Assembly (NCBI RefSeq): GCF_006345805.1
Contig: NC_042997.1
Span: forward strand, 22,134,001 to 22,198,000
DNA: 64,000 nucleotides
From: Octopus sinensis
Taxonomy: Eukaryota
Direction: 5' to 3'
In this document: one piece after another, positions 37,589 through 49,875 of the stretch
Layout: each line of letters opens with the position of its first letter
Position numbering within the stretch: position 1 is the first letter of the stretch
Translations under genes and position numbers: made by a program
The notes under the pieces: model-generated
What the model was told of the DNA's origin: nothing
Databases searched by the model: none
The model's input: the letters and a program-made list of their open reading frames with translations, nothing else

Positions 37589-37896
37589 GTGGAGGCGCAA
37601 TGGCCCAGTGGTTAGGGCAGCAGACTCGCAGTTGTAGGATCACGGTTTCGATTCCCAGAACGGGCGTTGTGAGTGTTTATTGAGCGAAAATACCTAAGGC
37701 TCCACAAGCCTCCGGCAGGGGGTGGTGGCGATCCCTTATGTACTCTTTCACTACAACTTTCTCTCACTCTTTCTTCTGTTGGCCTGCTCCCTTAGCCAGC
37801 GGGGTGGCGTCATTTGAAGGCTAAAACAATGCGAAGCGCATTGTGACCAGCGATGTGTAGCAACATCTAATAGCCTGGTCGGTCACGGTGATCACG
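37589..37896 (+). mobile_element. SINE family B with 11-bp TSD (1 mismatch)
   Basis: gtatttgaatt at 37578-37588 and gtatttgagtt at 37897-37907. Confidence 0.92.
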
Positions 37897-38086
37897 GTAT
37901 TTGAGTTACGCGAGGGCACGCGCGTGTGTTTTGTTTGTGTGTATGTATGTAAGTATATATGTATTCCAGGGACGGATCGACACAATTAATTGCTATCAAT
38001 ATGGAATTTACTTACGCACCTGTGGTTCTCAGTCAGGGTCTATATGTCCCTTGGGGTTCTGTATAAGAATTTTTTGTTGAAATTTA

Positions 38087-38478
38087 TCTCTCTCTATATA
38101 AAGCTGAAGTTGTCTTTGTATGGCAGGCTTGGTAGCCTTCAACTAATACTATCTCCTCCGAGACCCTGCGACGCAAGTTGACCAAAATTGAGAGTATGAT
38201 AGGAAAAGGCTTGCTCTTCATTCCGTAGAAGATAAAATTCAAATCCGACCATGTTAACACCAAAAATTATTTACATCAAAAAGGTGCTTTTTTTCTATGA
38301 AAATCCCTATTTTTTACGATCTTTTGACTGCTGTGTCGCCATTTTTCGGTGTATTTTAACTAGAAAAATGTTCACTTAAAGAGAATGACAAGCTACATTA
38401 TGCAAATTTTTTACTTTTCAAAAATTCCAATTCTAAAGGGTCAAAACAAACCCGAGCAACGCCGGGTGATACTGCTAG
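38087..38478 (+). mobile_element. Non-autonomous Helitron-type element (family 1, copy 2)
   Basis: A|TC start; cccgagcaacgccggg hairpin, then CTAG|T. Confidence 0.9.
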
Positions 38479-38829
38479 TATTAAATAAATTGGTGGTACT
38501 TCTACGATATACAAAATATTTTAACCATATTTTCATACAATTTCTAATAATGATTTCAAATTTTGGCACAAGGCCAGCAATTTTGGGGCGGGAGTAAGTC
38601 GATTGCATCGATCCCCAGAACACAACTGGTACTTATTTTATCGACCCCGAAAAGATGAAAGGTAAAAATCGACCTCGATAGGATTTGAACTCAGAACGTG
38701 GATGATGGACGAAATGCCGCTAAGCATTCTGCCCGGCGTGCTAATGATTCTGCCAGCTCGCGGCCTTGTACAACTCATAATAATAGTCACTTATAAAAAT
38801 ATAAGATTTTTTTAAACATCGAATTGCCA

Positions 38830-39330
38830 AGAGTAAAATAGGAATCAAAGGAGTCCATAGGTAAAATGGTTGAAAAACACTAGTGCAGACTAAAGGAAGC
38901 AGAGAAGGAGACTTCTGGACAGAGCTAATGACTTATTGCTGCTGGATATGAAGAATACAGCCGTGATCCGAATTCAAATTGCATTAAAAGGCAACGCTAA
39001 CAGCTCTATAGAATGGTTTGATCTAACGATACGTAAAAGTCCGAATTGTAGAGCTAACAGTGCATAGGGAAGGCAGGAAGGTGTGGATACATGAAAGGAA
39101 ATTATCAAGATATTAGGAAGTCAATAAGGCGTGTGAGGCACGAGAATAGCAAGTGCTTCTAGAGGAGAAGGCATGTCGTGGATTTGTAATTAAATCAATG
39201 GTGTCCGTCCGACCTTGTCAATAAACTTAGGAGAAACGGTAGAGTAACGGTTTGCGAACTGCAAAAGGAAGCAGAGAAAATTTCACCGTCGATATAGTAA
39301 GAGTTTGTGCGAGAAAGACAAAAGCTGAAA
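38830..39330 (+). mobile_element. HERO-like endonuclease-region fragment, degenerate
   Basis: DRANDLLLLDMK, VRIVELTV, HERKLSRY and ACRGFVIKS pieces. Confidence 0.55.
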
Positions 39331-39458
39331 GTATAAAATAAATCCTCAACAATAAATAATTATTGGGTGGCTTCTGTTGCTCCTATTTTCGCAAAGTGAC
39401 TGCATAGATGACTGCAGGAAAATGCATTCTATGATATGGGTCAAAAAGTATCTTTACA

Positions 39459-40109
39459 GGCGCAGGAGTGGCTGTGTGGTCGGAGTCTATCATTGAGATT
39501 GTGCCACCTCCTTTCCTCAGCAGGGAAAGGAAGGCTTGTTTTTCCTGCGTAGTAGCCATACTGAAAGAAACAGTATGGAAGACGCGTACGAAAGGTATAG
39601 TGACAGGTACCTTTGTATCCGGCCAGGGGTTGGTTAACTTCTTCAGTTACCACCTCGGTAGTAAGATCAGGCTGGAAAAGAGGTGTCTGTCACGAGATAT
39701 GTTTGCGAAAAGATGGAAGTCTGTAGCGTGCAAGCTGGGTATATCTGGCACCAGGTAAGTGTGGCCGGATCAAGAAGTAAAGGTTCTACCCGGATGGCAG
39801 GGATCCGTGCCCTACTGTATAATACCAAATTTTTAAAAACTTTATATTGTAAATATTATATATATTTTATTGTAATCACCAACGTTTTAAGCTACTACAC
39901 CATATATGTTTGTCTGTATTTGTATGTCCCCTCTATGTAACGCCTTAATGGCGAATCTTTCATGAAATAAAGTAGCTTGCTAACCAACCACATGGTTCCG
40001 GGTTCAGTCCCACTGCGTGGCATCTTGGGTAAGTGTCTTCTGCTATAGCCCCGGGCCGACCAATGCTTTGTTAGTGGATTTGGTAGACGGAAACTGAAAG
40101 AAGCCTGTC

Positions 40110-40178
<69 letters not shown>

Positions 40179-40395
40179 TGTGTCTGTGTTTGCCCCCCTA
40201 GCATTGCTTGACAACCGATGCTGGTGTGTTTACGTCCCCGTCACTTAGCGGTTCAGCAAAAGAGACCGATAGAATAAGTACTGGGCTTACAAAGAATAAG
40301 TCCCGGGGTTGATTTGCTCGACTAAAGGTGGTGCTCCAGCATGGCCGCAGTCAAATGACTGAAACAAGTAAAAGAGTAAAGAGAGTAAAGAGAGT
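39459..40395 (+). mobile_element. SINE family A split by an insertion
   Basis: Head ggcgcaggagtggctgtgtggt at 39459-39480 resumes as aagtagcttgctaacc at 39970. Compare the uninterrupted ..gtgtggtaag.. in other copies. Confidence 0.92.
39481..39969 (+). mobile_element. 5'-truncated Tx1/L1-type LINE 3' end
   Basis: Open frame ESIIEIVPPPFLSRERKACFSCVVAILKETVWKTRTKG..HLGSKIRLEKRCLSRDMFAKRW, like L1/Tx1 ORF2 C-termini, followed by an AT-rich 3' UTR. Confidence 0.7.
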
Positions 40396-41542
40396 CCCTG
40401 ATAGCATCAATATTATTCAGTACACCTGGAACGGGTGGTTCTGTTAGGTGATTAAATCGTTGAGATCCTCTGTCAACTGCTGATGAAGTGTAAACTCTAT
40501 GTAAATTAATTTTTTTGAGTTTTTTTTTTTAATGAATTACTCAGAGAGAATATCACTAACTTTTTTTTCGGGTTCACTGACACTTATATGGGGAATGAAA
40601 GAGGAGAAAAAAAGGCATGGTCCGAATGCTTTCAACTAAGTGGATTCCACTGAAAACACCTAATGGTGTTAAAGAGGGTGAAGAAATAAATCTAACTCCT
40701 AAGGATAGATATAGTCCATCGGAGAGACTTCCACACATAGTCCGTCCATGTTATTTCATTCACAACACCGGGTCAGCCCGTTGCCGACAGTAGGAGATAA
40801 CTTTGCCTAAAGTGTCGCGCAGTGGGATCAAACGTCGACTCATGGGATTACCAAACAAACTTATTAAATATACAGCCACGCCGGCGCTCTAAAGGACGAA
40901 CGTTCAAATGAATAGAAGCGAGAGCTCAGTTGTAAGTTTGAACTCGTGTCTCGTTAATTGACGTCTTCGAGTAATTACCGCCCTACCACAATACGTAAAG
41001 CAACTGTCAGCTTTGTTATTAAACGTTTACATGAGGAATTCTGTTAAATATGACAAATATATTTTCTCTCGCTTCTCTTCAAAGAATCGGATATAATCTT
41101 CCCGAATGCTACCTGTATTATAGGCTTGACCAGTAATATTTAAAATATAAATCGCTTTGTGGGTATACCGCAACCACCATAAATAAATAATAAACAACCA
41201 CCCACCAATTATATACATACATATATATATATATATATATATGATCGTTTTGTGAGAATTAGTATTAACTGAATTATGAACATGCACACACACACATAAG
41301 CATACTTTATACCACCAAGTCGTGTGAAAAAAAATCCCTTTCAGTAAAAATTCTCCTGTACCCTATTTATGAGCCACAGAAACTACCATTTTAAGGCTGC
41401 AAGTGTCGCAAGATTAACTAACAGTAACAGTAGTATTCTTAACGTAATAATGAACATGACGAGAGCACTACTTGCACTGCTACTGGTTTGACTGTAGTGC
41501 TCCTAGACATAAGCAGCAGCAACAACAGCAGCAGCAGCAGCT

Positions 41543-41599
41543 ATTGGTAAATTACAGTTAGGCGAGCTTCAGCTGAACTAGTCGTCAGCTCTGTCAGTC
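41543..41599 (+). promoter_or_regulatory. Putative core promoter: inverted CCAAT (ATTGG 41543-41547) and initiator TCAGTC (41594-41599)
   Basis: Motif reading only. It lies upstream of a donor site and the coding exon. Confidence 0.4.
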
Positions 41600-41752
41600 G
41601 CTGGATTTGGCTGTGATGTGTAGTGTTTGTTATAAGCTGAACTCTCCACTTCCTAATGCTAGCGCCGGCGTGTTGTGTGTACAGGATACACACACAAGCT
41701 TTATTCTAATCAACGAAAACATTTATTTTCATTTACAAACAAGGAATTGACT
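41596..41752 (+). other. Putative non-coding 5' UTR exon of the KCC-like gene
   Basis: Donor CT|GTATGT at 41753. The 157-nt AT-rich intron ends in ttttctgttAG at 41908-41909. Confidence 0.45.
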
Positions 41753-41979
41753 GTATGTGTAGATAATTTTTTTTAATCGAATTTAGAGTGCAGTAGTAAA
41801 ATTCCAAAAACAAAGTAAAAAAATAAAAAAAAAGAACTTTATTTTAAGTTGTAATTTATTATATCTATTTTAATGTTATTCGAAACACTACGCAAACGTT
41901 TTCTGTTAGAATACACAGTGTTGGTCTTATCCAGTGAAGACCTTTGACTTCAGTTTCCTTTACATCTGCTCATTCCATC

Positions 41980-42196
41980 ATGTCGTCCCCTCCACAGAGA
42001 TTCACTGTCGTAGAAGCTGATGAAGAAGTCCCACTTGGCGAGGTTGGTGAATCAAGTCCAACTAAAGGTAATGACAGCAAGGGGAACCAACAGCGCGATT
42101 ATGGATCTGTACCTTCATCTTCTCCAACATCCCCATCCGGAGAAATACCAACTATTAGAATCATTGATGACAACAACGGGAAATCTGCTAACTACG
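41980..42196 (+). CDS. First coding exon of a probable K-Cl cotransporter (SLC12A4-7 / kcc family)
   Basis: ATG at 41980 gives MSSPPQRFTVVEADEEVPLGEVGESSPTKG...KSANY. RFTV is the RFx[VI] SPAK/OSR1 docking motif found at KCC2a/KCC3a N-termini, and RFxVxxADE recalls the Drosophila kcc N-terminus. Acceptor at 41909; phase-1 donor G|GTAGGT at 42197. No transmembrane exons in the window. Confidence 0.62.
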
Positions 42197-43212
42197 GTAG
42201 GTGTATCTACCTTCTTAGTTTCTAGCATTCTTCATTCATTCATTCATTTCTTGTTTATTTGTTTCAATTGTGTATAAATGAGATGTTGGCGAGTGCCAAA
42301 TAGATTATACTGCAACCATATTACATCACAAGAATACTAGATCTTTCCTTATGGTCATTTCAAGGTAGAAATTCTTCAGCATTAATCTAACCTTGAATGG
42401 AAAATTTGCGGATATTTGTAATTTCCCAAATCGTTTTCAAATCTTCCTAAGTTCTGATTTCTCGCTTTCTTTGTTATCAGTGTATTATGGATATTATTGA
42501 TTTCTGTCTGAGGCACAAGGCCAAACATTTGTAGAAAGGAATGGGATTGTGTGACGTTCATCCATTTCTCGGTGGTTACAAATAACAGCATTCTTAATAT
42601 TCAAGGTTAGAAATTATAATTGTTACTACGAAAGGATTCGTTCCCCACCCCTATCGTTATTTCTTCAAATTGCGTGTTTAAAAGAACACAAAAGAAAACT
42701 TGTGGAAAATATAATAGATATCTGAAAGATGTTGCGACTTGGTTAACTGGTGTTGTAATATATGCAGGGGGGTTCAGAATTTGGAAAGAAAACCCCCAAA
42801 AAAGAAAGAAAAATAGGTGGTACTGTCATTTTTATCAAAATATGTATGAAGTAAGAATGACTAGTTGTTAGTGGGTAGTTGAACAAAAAATGGTTGCGAT
42901 TCTTATATATTTTTAATTTTTAATTATTCTATTAAATTCGGCGTAGGATCATAGAGAAACATTTAAATAATTATTCATTTATGTTATTATGACGTGGAAG
43001 TCTATGAATAAAGTCAGTGCTTGTGTTGTAGTGTTTGGTGTGCGCGCTTGAGTTTTAGAGTGTATGTGTGTTCGTAAAGGGTGAAGACAGAGTAATTAAG
43101 GAGTAGATTAGTCACATCTTCCTCCATTTCCGCCCCCATCCATGCTAATATTTTATTCGTTTATTTACCAATATTATTATTATTGTTATTATTATTATCA
43201 TCATCATCATTA

Positions 43213-43259
<47 letters not shown>

Positions 43260-45084
43260 GACTTACTAGGATCTTGCGTCGACACTTAAATCTTTCACGT
43301 TGTATTCCTTGTTCTGCTACTTAAACCTATACTCACTTAATTAGTACTGTCATATTCCAAATTTAGATAGATAGATAGATAGATCTGCGTGTTTGCGTGC
43401 GTATGTAAGAGCGCGCGCGTGTGCGTAATCAATGCTTCTCAAGAACATTTGCTTTGCGGGGAAATAGTCATTTGTGAGGGATCGGAAAAAAAAAAAACAA
43501 CATATGAATAAACAATGAAAATAATTTAATGTAAAACCTCTCAAAATAATCTGTTTGATGGTCTTTTTCATTCTCTCTTTCATTTTTCTTTTCTTTTCTT
43601 TTATATATATATATTATTTGATTTGTCAAGGATCAGTTAGCAATGTTTTCATCGCTTCCTGCAACAGAAAATGCGGCGAGGGAGGGGGAGAACACATGAC
43701 CAGCAATTCTGTAATGACAGGTGTCAGTCGACAAAGATGTCTAACTGGTGTTTAAATTTTTGTAAAACGATTCCTTCTTTATATTTAAGTTTCATTTTAC
43801 ATTTATTTTGTAGTGATTACTGGTCACTGGAATAATTATTAGACAGAGCAAACAAACAAACAAAAAATGACAATTAGAAGCAAAGAAATTTTCTAGCTTT
43901 ATGTTTTTCTTTCAATAAATATTAAAAAAAAAGTTCCAACAATAATTTAGATAAACCCGAAATTCTATATTTCTCTGTATCCTCGTATTTAATTATTTAT
44001 TTCTTGCCTTCTTTTCGGTTTTCATTGCATTTTATTTCACAAAATATTTATTATTTCTTTGTTTCGCAATCGAAACACGATGTTTCTTTACTTCTTTCTA
44101 CGCTTTATTTTATTTATGTTTTTTTTCTTCTTTTTATCACTTTTGAGAGGAGAGATTAAGTTAAACGTCATCCAATCTTAACCAGCAGAATAAACAGAGA
44201 TAGGCGCAATCTGCTTAAAATACCAACAAATCCATTCCTCACATCATTTGCTACCGTCTTTTACAAGGACACTTTTTCAATGAAGTCTAAGATGCAGTGT
44301 CTTAAGACACGATGGTCAAAGCTGGAGCAGCTAAGATCATCATCGGCGCTCGATGAAGGGATCACTACAACAGCGACATAGCACTCGTCTATATACACTG
44401 GTGTATATATGTGCAGTCGTTCACGAGCATTTATATTAATATGCAAAAGTTTATATATGCATTTACGGATGCTGTGCAGAATATCGTATGTACGTACGTA
44501 GCTACGGGTGTACATCCACGCAGGTATGCATATGAGGGCATATACATATATTGATGTAAATGAATATAAGCATATTGGTGTAGACATACATCTACACCAA
44601 TGTATGTGCATATGAACGATGTACATTGGTGGATGTATATATAACATATAAACACATATGCATAATAGTGTATGTGTGTGTATTACACACGCAAGTTCAT
44701 ATAGGTATGTGTGAGTGTTTGTGCACATAAAGCTATAGACGTTTGTGTATGTGTGTATTAGAATATCACGATGTGTATATTTATGTAGATAGATAGATAG
44801 ATAGATAGATAGGAGAGAGAGAAAAAGAGATAGATAGATATAGATATACATATATATGCTACATTAAAAATTCAATATTAACTTATTATCTTCAAGTTAT
44901 ACATTGTTATTGGAAAGAATTTTCATATTTCTTTATTACTACCGAATATTAAACTTGACCATACTTATGTTTATAATATAAAACGTTTGAGAAAAAAACC
45001 TGTTCGTATTTAGATAAACACGGACATAATCATATTGGTATGCTTATCTGTGTGTGTGTGTGTGTGTGCAAACATCTTTGTATC

Positions 45085-45089
45085 ATCCA

Positions 45090-45147
<58 letters not shown>

Positions 45148-45157
45148 TAGACGCATA

Positions 45158-45213
<56 letters not shown>

Positions 45214-46030
45214 ACTTATATAGATATATATGCATGCATATAATATATATATGCATATATATATATATATATATATACATATATAATGTATATTTATAAA
45301 CTTATATAGATATATATGCATGCATATAATATATATATGCATATATATATAGATATAGATATATACATGCATATAATAGATATATATATATATATATAGA
45401 TATAGATATATGCATGCATATAATATATATATGCATATATATATAGATATAGATATATACATGCATATAATAGATATATATATATATATATAGATATAGA
45501 TATATACATGCATATAATATATATATATATATATGCATTTGCATATATATTATATATATATCCATATATATAATATATAATATGTATATGCTTGCATATA
45601 ATTATATATATGTATATACATGCATATGATATAAATATATATACATGCATATAATATATTATATATACATGCACATAATATATATATATATTATATATAG
45701 ATGCATATGATATATAATATATATATATAGATGCATATAATACATATGTATACATATATATAGATGCATATAATATATATATATACACATATATTTACAT
45801 GCATATAATATATGCATATGCATATAATATATACATATATAGACATGCACATATATATAATGTATGTCTACATAAAATGCATGTGTGATTGTATATATGT
45901 ATATAATTATGCATTTACATGTGTGTGTGTGTGTGTATGTGTACATACACATATATATGCATTACGCATATGTACGTATATATATATATATATACACACA
46001 CATACACTCACATATATACACATACACTCA
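45085..46030. repeat. Complex AT-rich microsatellite/minisatellite (tatatgcatgcatataat units)
   Basis: Direct reading. Confidence 0.9.
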
Positions 46031-46432
46031 TATAAATATGAAAACATATTTAAATTTAGATTTATATACATTTATAAATCATTAATTTTGATAAATGTAT
46101 ATATATTCCCAACCCCGTCTTCATTTACTGCCTGCTTTCCATATTTGCATGTGTTGAATGCATCTTCATAGCGAGAATCAGCATGGATTCAAGAGTGCTG
46201 CTCACCTAGATAGGTTGACAAGATCTCTTCTTGCATCCATTTCATTTTATCTTTAGTTGCTACAGCATCATAACATAGCAAACACCATCCACTTCACTAA
46301 GTTAAATGAATGTATTTGTTTTGTTGTTTGTTTTTGTTGTTTTTGTTTTGTTGGTTTTTTTTTTGTGATACCAGTATGAAGTGCCGCGACCTTGACAAAA
46401 CTATGAAACTCACAAATTCTCATACTTTAGAG

Positions 46433-46704
46433 CAGGAGTCAGGGGAACATTTTTAACCAGTTACTCCAAAATATATTTATTTACACTAATGTTGCCCACT
46501 TGATTTGAAATGAAGAAAATCATAGATTCTTTAAATTCAAAAGGTCTGTTGAATCTATTTATATGAATCTATTTAACATCCATTACACTGGATAGATGCA
46601 ATGCTGCCAGAAGAAAAAATTCTGTCATAACATTTTATGTAATTATGCCAAATGAGTCCTCATTACCCCATTTGGAGTAATTTACCCTAGTTCGCCAACC
46701 CCTG
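46433..46704. mobile_element. hAT (Charlie-type) MITE
   Basis: Imperfect TIRs CAGGAGTCAGGGAAC / GTTCGCCAACCCCTG. 8-bp TSD-like ctttagag / ctctagcg. Confidence 0.72.
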
Positions 46705-46899
46705 CTCTAGCGAGTGGGGTACATTTATATGGGGTGTATTTTTGCATGCACCAGCACTAGAAAGGTGTCTATAGCATCAACATCACTGAAGACACTTCAG
46801 AACACTATGGTACTGCTCACTTACTAGCTTCTTTATAGAAGCATGAGTGACAGAACATTAAGCATGAGTGACAGAAGTATAAATGGTAGCAATGAGAGG

Positions 46900-47220
46900 A
46901 ATCTACGATAGGAGGTGAAGTGGTAGGAGTAGTCGATACTCTGCAATAAGTACTTACAGTCAAGGCAACAGGCAAAGTGACTAAGATTTCAGAGAGATGA
47001 CAGATGTCCATGTGATCAAAGATGTGAGGGAGAAGGAGGATGGATTCGCTGGCAAAGTGACATGAGATGATGATTGGATGGGTGTACAGCAGTGGAGGGT
47101 GAGGAATGAGTGAACTGGGCATAAGTAGTCTAAGGTAACCACCTGTACATAGGTAATGCAATGCACTGGAAGGGAGAAGTGATGAGTGTTGTGGCAGGGA
47201 GGTGGAAAGCAAGGGTGTCC
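46900..47220 (-). mobile_element. Old CR1/L2-group LINE 3' remnant
   Basis: LLPHIFDHMDICHLSEILVTL resembles the C-terminal LPxxVFPxxxDxxxFK..I motif. Weak. Confidence 0.35.
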
Positions 47221-48274
47221 TGTACGCACACACATAAGTGTATGTACATGCTTGTGTGTCTTATGTAATATGTATGGGTGTGTGTATAAATGTGTGAGTA
47301 TATATATGTGTATGAGTGTGTGTGTGTGTATGCAGGCATGGTTATGTGGTTGAGAATCTTGCATCATAATCTTGTGGTCTCAGGTTTGGTCTCACAGTGC
47401 ATCACCTTGGGCTAGCATTTTGTACTATATCATCAGACCAACCAAAACCTTATTTGTGGATTTGGAGTACAGAAACTGGAAAAAGATAAAACAATCGTGT
47501 GCGCATGTCTGTGTGTGTGAGGGTGGTGTGTATGGGCACATGCATGAGTGAGCACATATATGTGTGGGGGCTTATGTATGTGTGTATGTATGTGTGGTTG
47601 CACTCATGTGTGTGTGTGTCTGTCTTGTAGCCTTGATTTGTCATCACGTCACGGTTGTAAAGATTCATCACCATCATGCATTCAATGCTGTTTATTTCCA
47701 AACATCTGTGAAAATAAATGTCAGGCCACGGGAAATTATTACCGTGCTTAGAAATGGATGAGTGTTGGCTACAGAAGAACATCTGGCCCCAGAAAATTTG
47801 CTTCAACAATTCCCACTTGACCCATGCACACATGGAAACATGGGTATTAAGTGATGAGGATGATGATGATATATATATAAATGATATATACACCAAAATA
47901 TATGTATATGTGTGTAGATATATATAACTATATATGCATGTGTCTTTCTATGTATATGTAGCTCTACCAATGCCAGCATGGAAGATGGATGTTAAGCGAT
48001 GATGTCAGTCCATATATGTATTCATATGTAAAATTTAGCTACATCTGAGGATAACACAGGTATATATTGATATATGTATATATATGAATTTGTGTATGTA
48101 ATATAGGTAAAGTATTTTCATGTATGAATTCTATGTACGGATTTATTAATATACCTATTATATGATTATATATGAATAAACATATGCATACATTTCTGGG
48201 TAGATATGTATAGATTTATACATATACATATATATATATGTGTGAATATATATATATATGTGTATGTGTGTGTG

Positions 48275-48473
48275 TGTGTTTGTCCCCCTAGCATTGCTTG
48301 ACAACCGATGCTGGTGTGTTTACGTCCCCGTCACCTAGCGGTTCGGCAAAAGAGACCGATAGAATAAGTACTGGGCTTACAAAGAATAAGTCCCGGGGTC
48401 GATTTGCTCGACTAAAGGCGGTGCTCCAGCATGGCCGCAGTCAAATGACTGAAACAAGTAAAAGAGAAAAAAG
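48275..48473 (+). mobile_element. SINE family A 3' half
   Basis: Nearly identical to 40190-40375. Confidence 0.9.
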
Positions 48474-48537
48474 ATATATATATATATATATATATATGCA
48501 TATATATGTGTGTGCGTGTGTGTGTATACCTTCCTAA

Positions 48538-48631
<94 letters not shown>

Positions 48632-48751
48632 GTGTGAATATATATATATATTATATATATATAGATATACATACAAATGTATATGTATATATCTATATAT
48701 ATACATATATACATATCTATAGATACATACATATATACATGTACTTATATA

Positions 48752-49875
48752 CATCATCATCATCATTTAGCGTCCGTTCTCCATGCTAGCATGGGTTGGA
48801 CAGTTCAACTGGGGTCTGTGAAGCTGGAAGGCTTCATCAGGCCCAGTCAGATCTGGCAGTGTTTCTACGGCTGGATGCCCTTCCTAACGCCAACCACTCC
48901 GTGAGTGTAGTGGGTGCTTTTTACGTGCCACCCGCACAGGTGCCAGACAGAGCTGGCAAACGGCCACGAACGGATGGTGCTTTTACGTGTCACCGGCACG
49001 GGGCCAGTCGAGGCTGGCAACGGACACGAACGGATGGTGCTTTTACGTGCCACCAACACGGGGGCCAGACAGAGCTGGCAAACGGCCACGAAACGGATGG
49101 TGCTTTTACGTGTCACCGGCACGGGGGCCAGGCGAGGCTGGCAACGGACACGAACAGATGGTGCTTTTACATGCCACCGACATGGGGGCCAGACAGGGCT
49201 GGCAAACGGCCACGAACGGATGGTGCTTTTACGTGTCACCAGCACGGGGGCCAGGCGAGGCTGGCAACGGACACGAACGGATGGTGCTTTTACATGTCAC
49301 TGACATGGGGGCCAGACAGGGCTGGCAAACGGCCACGAACGGATGGTGCTTTTACGTGTCACCGGCACGGGGGCCAGACAGAGCTGGCAAACGGCCACAA
49401 ACGGATGGTGCTTTTACGTGTCACCGGCACGGGGGCCAGGCCAGGCTGGCAACGAACACGAACGGATGGTGCTTTTACGTGCCACCGACACGGGGGCCAG
49501 ACAGGGCTGGCAAACGGCTACGAACGGATGGTGCTTTTACGTGTCACCAGCACGGGGGCCAGGCGAGGCTGGCAACGGACACGAACGGATGGTGCTTTTA
49601 CATGTCACTGACATGGGGGCCAGACAGGGCTGGCAAACGGCCACGAACGGATGGTGCTTTTACGTGTCACCGGCACGGGGGCCAGACAGAGCTGGCAAAC
49701 GGCCACAAACGGATGGTGCTTTTACGTGTCACCGGCACGGGGGCCAGGCCAGGCTGGCAACGAACACGAACGGATGGTGCTTTTACGTGCCACCGACACG
49801 GGGGCCAGACAGGGCTGGCAAACGGCTACGAACGGATGGTGCTTTTACGTGTCACCTGCACGGGGGCCCTGATGT
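48752..49875 (-). mobile_element. RTE-related non-autonomous element G with (GAT)n tail, carrying an expanded internal array
   Basis: (cat)n..ccatgctagcatgggttgg..ggatgcccttcctaacgccaacc, shared with 52066-52325, 52461-52700, 54392-54525, 55710-55805 and the tail at 50232-50281. Confidence 0.85.
48908..49870. repeat. 61/62-bp minisatellite, about 16 units, with a 308-bp higher-order duplication
   Basis: Unit acggatggtgcttttacgtg(t/c)cacc..gggggccag..gctggca(a)acgg.cacga. Identical ORF starts at 49343 and 49651 show the 308-bp period. Confidence 0.95.

Noticed and set aside
48908-49870. CRISPR-like appearance of the regularly spaced acggatggtgcttttac motif
   Set aside because: The intervening sequences are variants of each other and recur, so they are not unique spacers. 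The context is eukaryotic with no cas genes. It is a tandem minisatellite.
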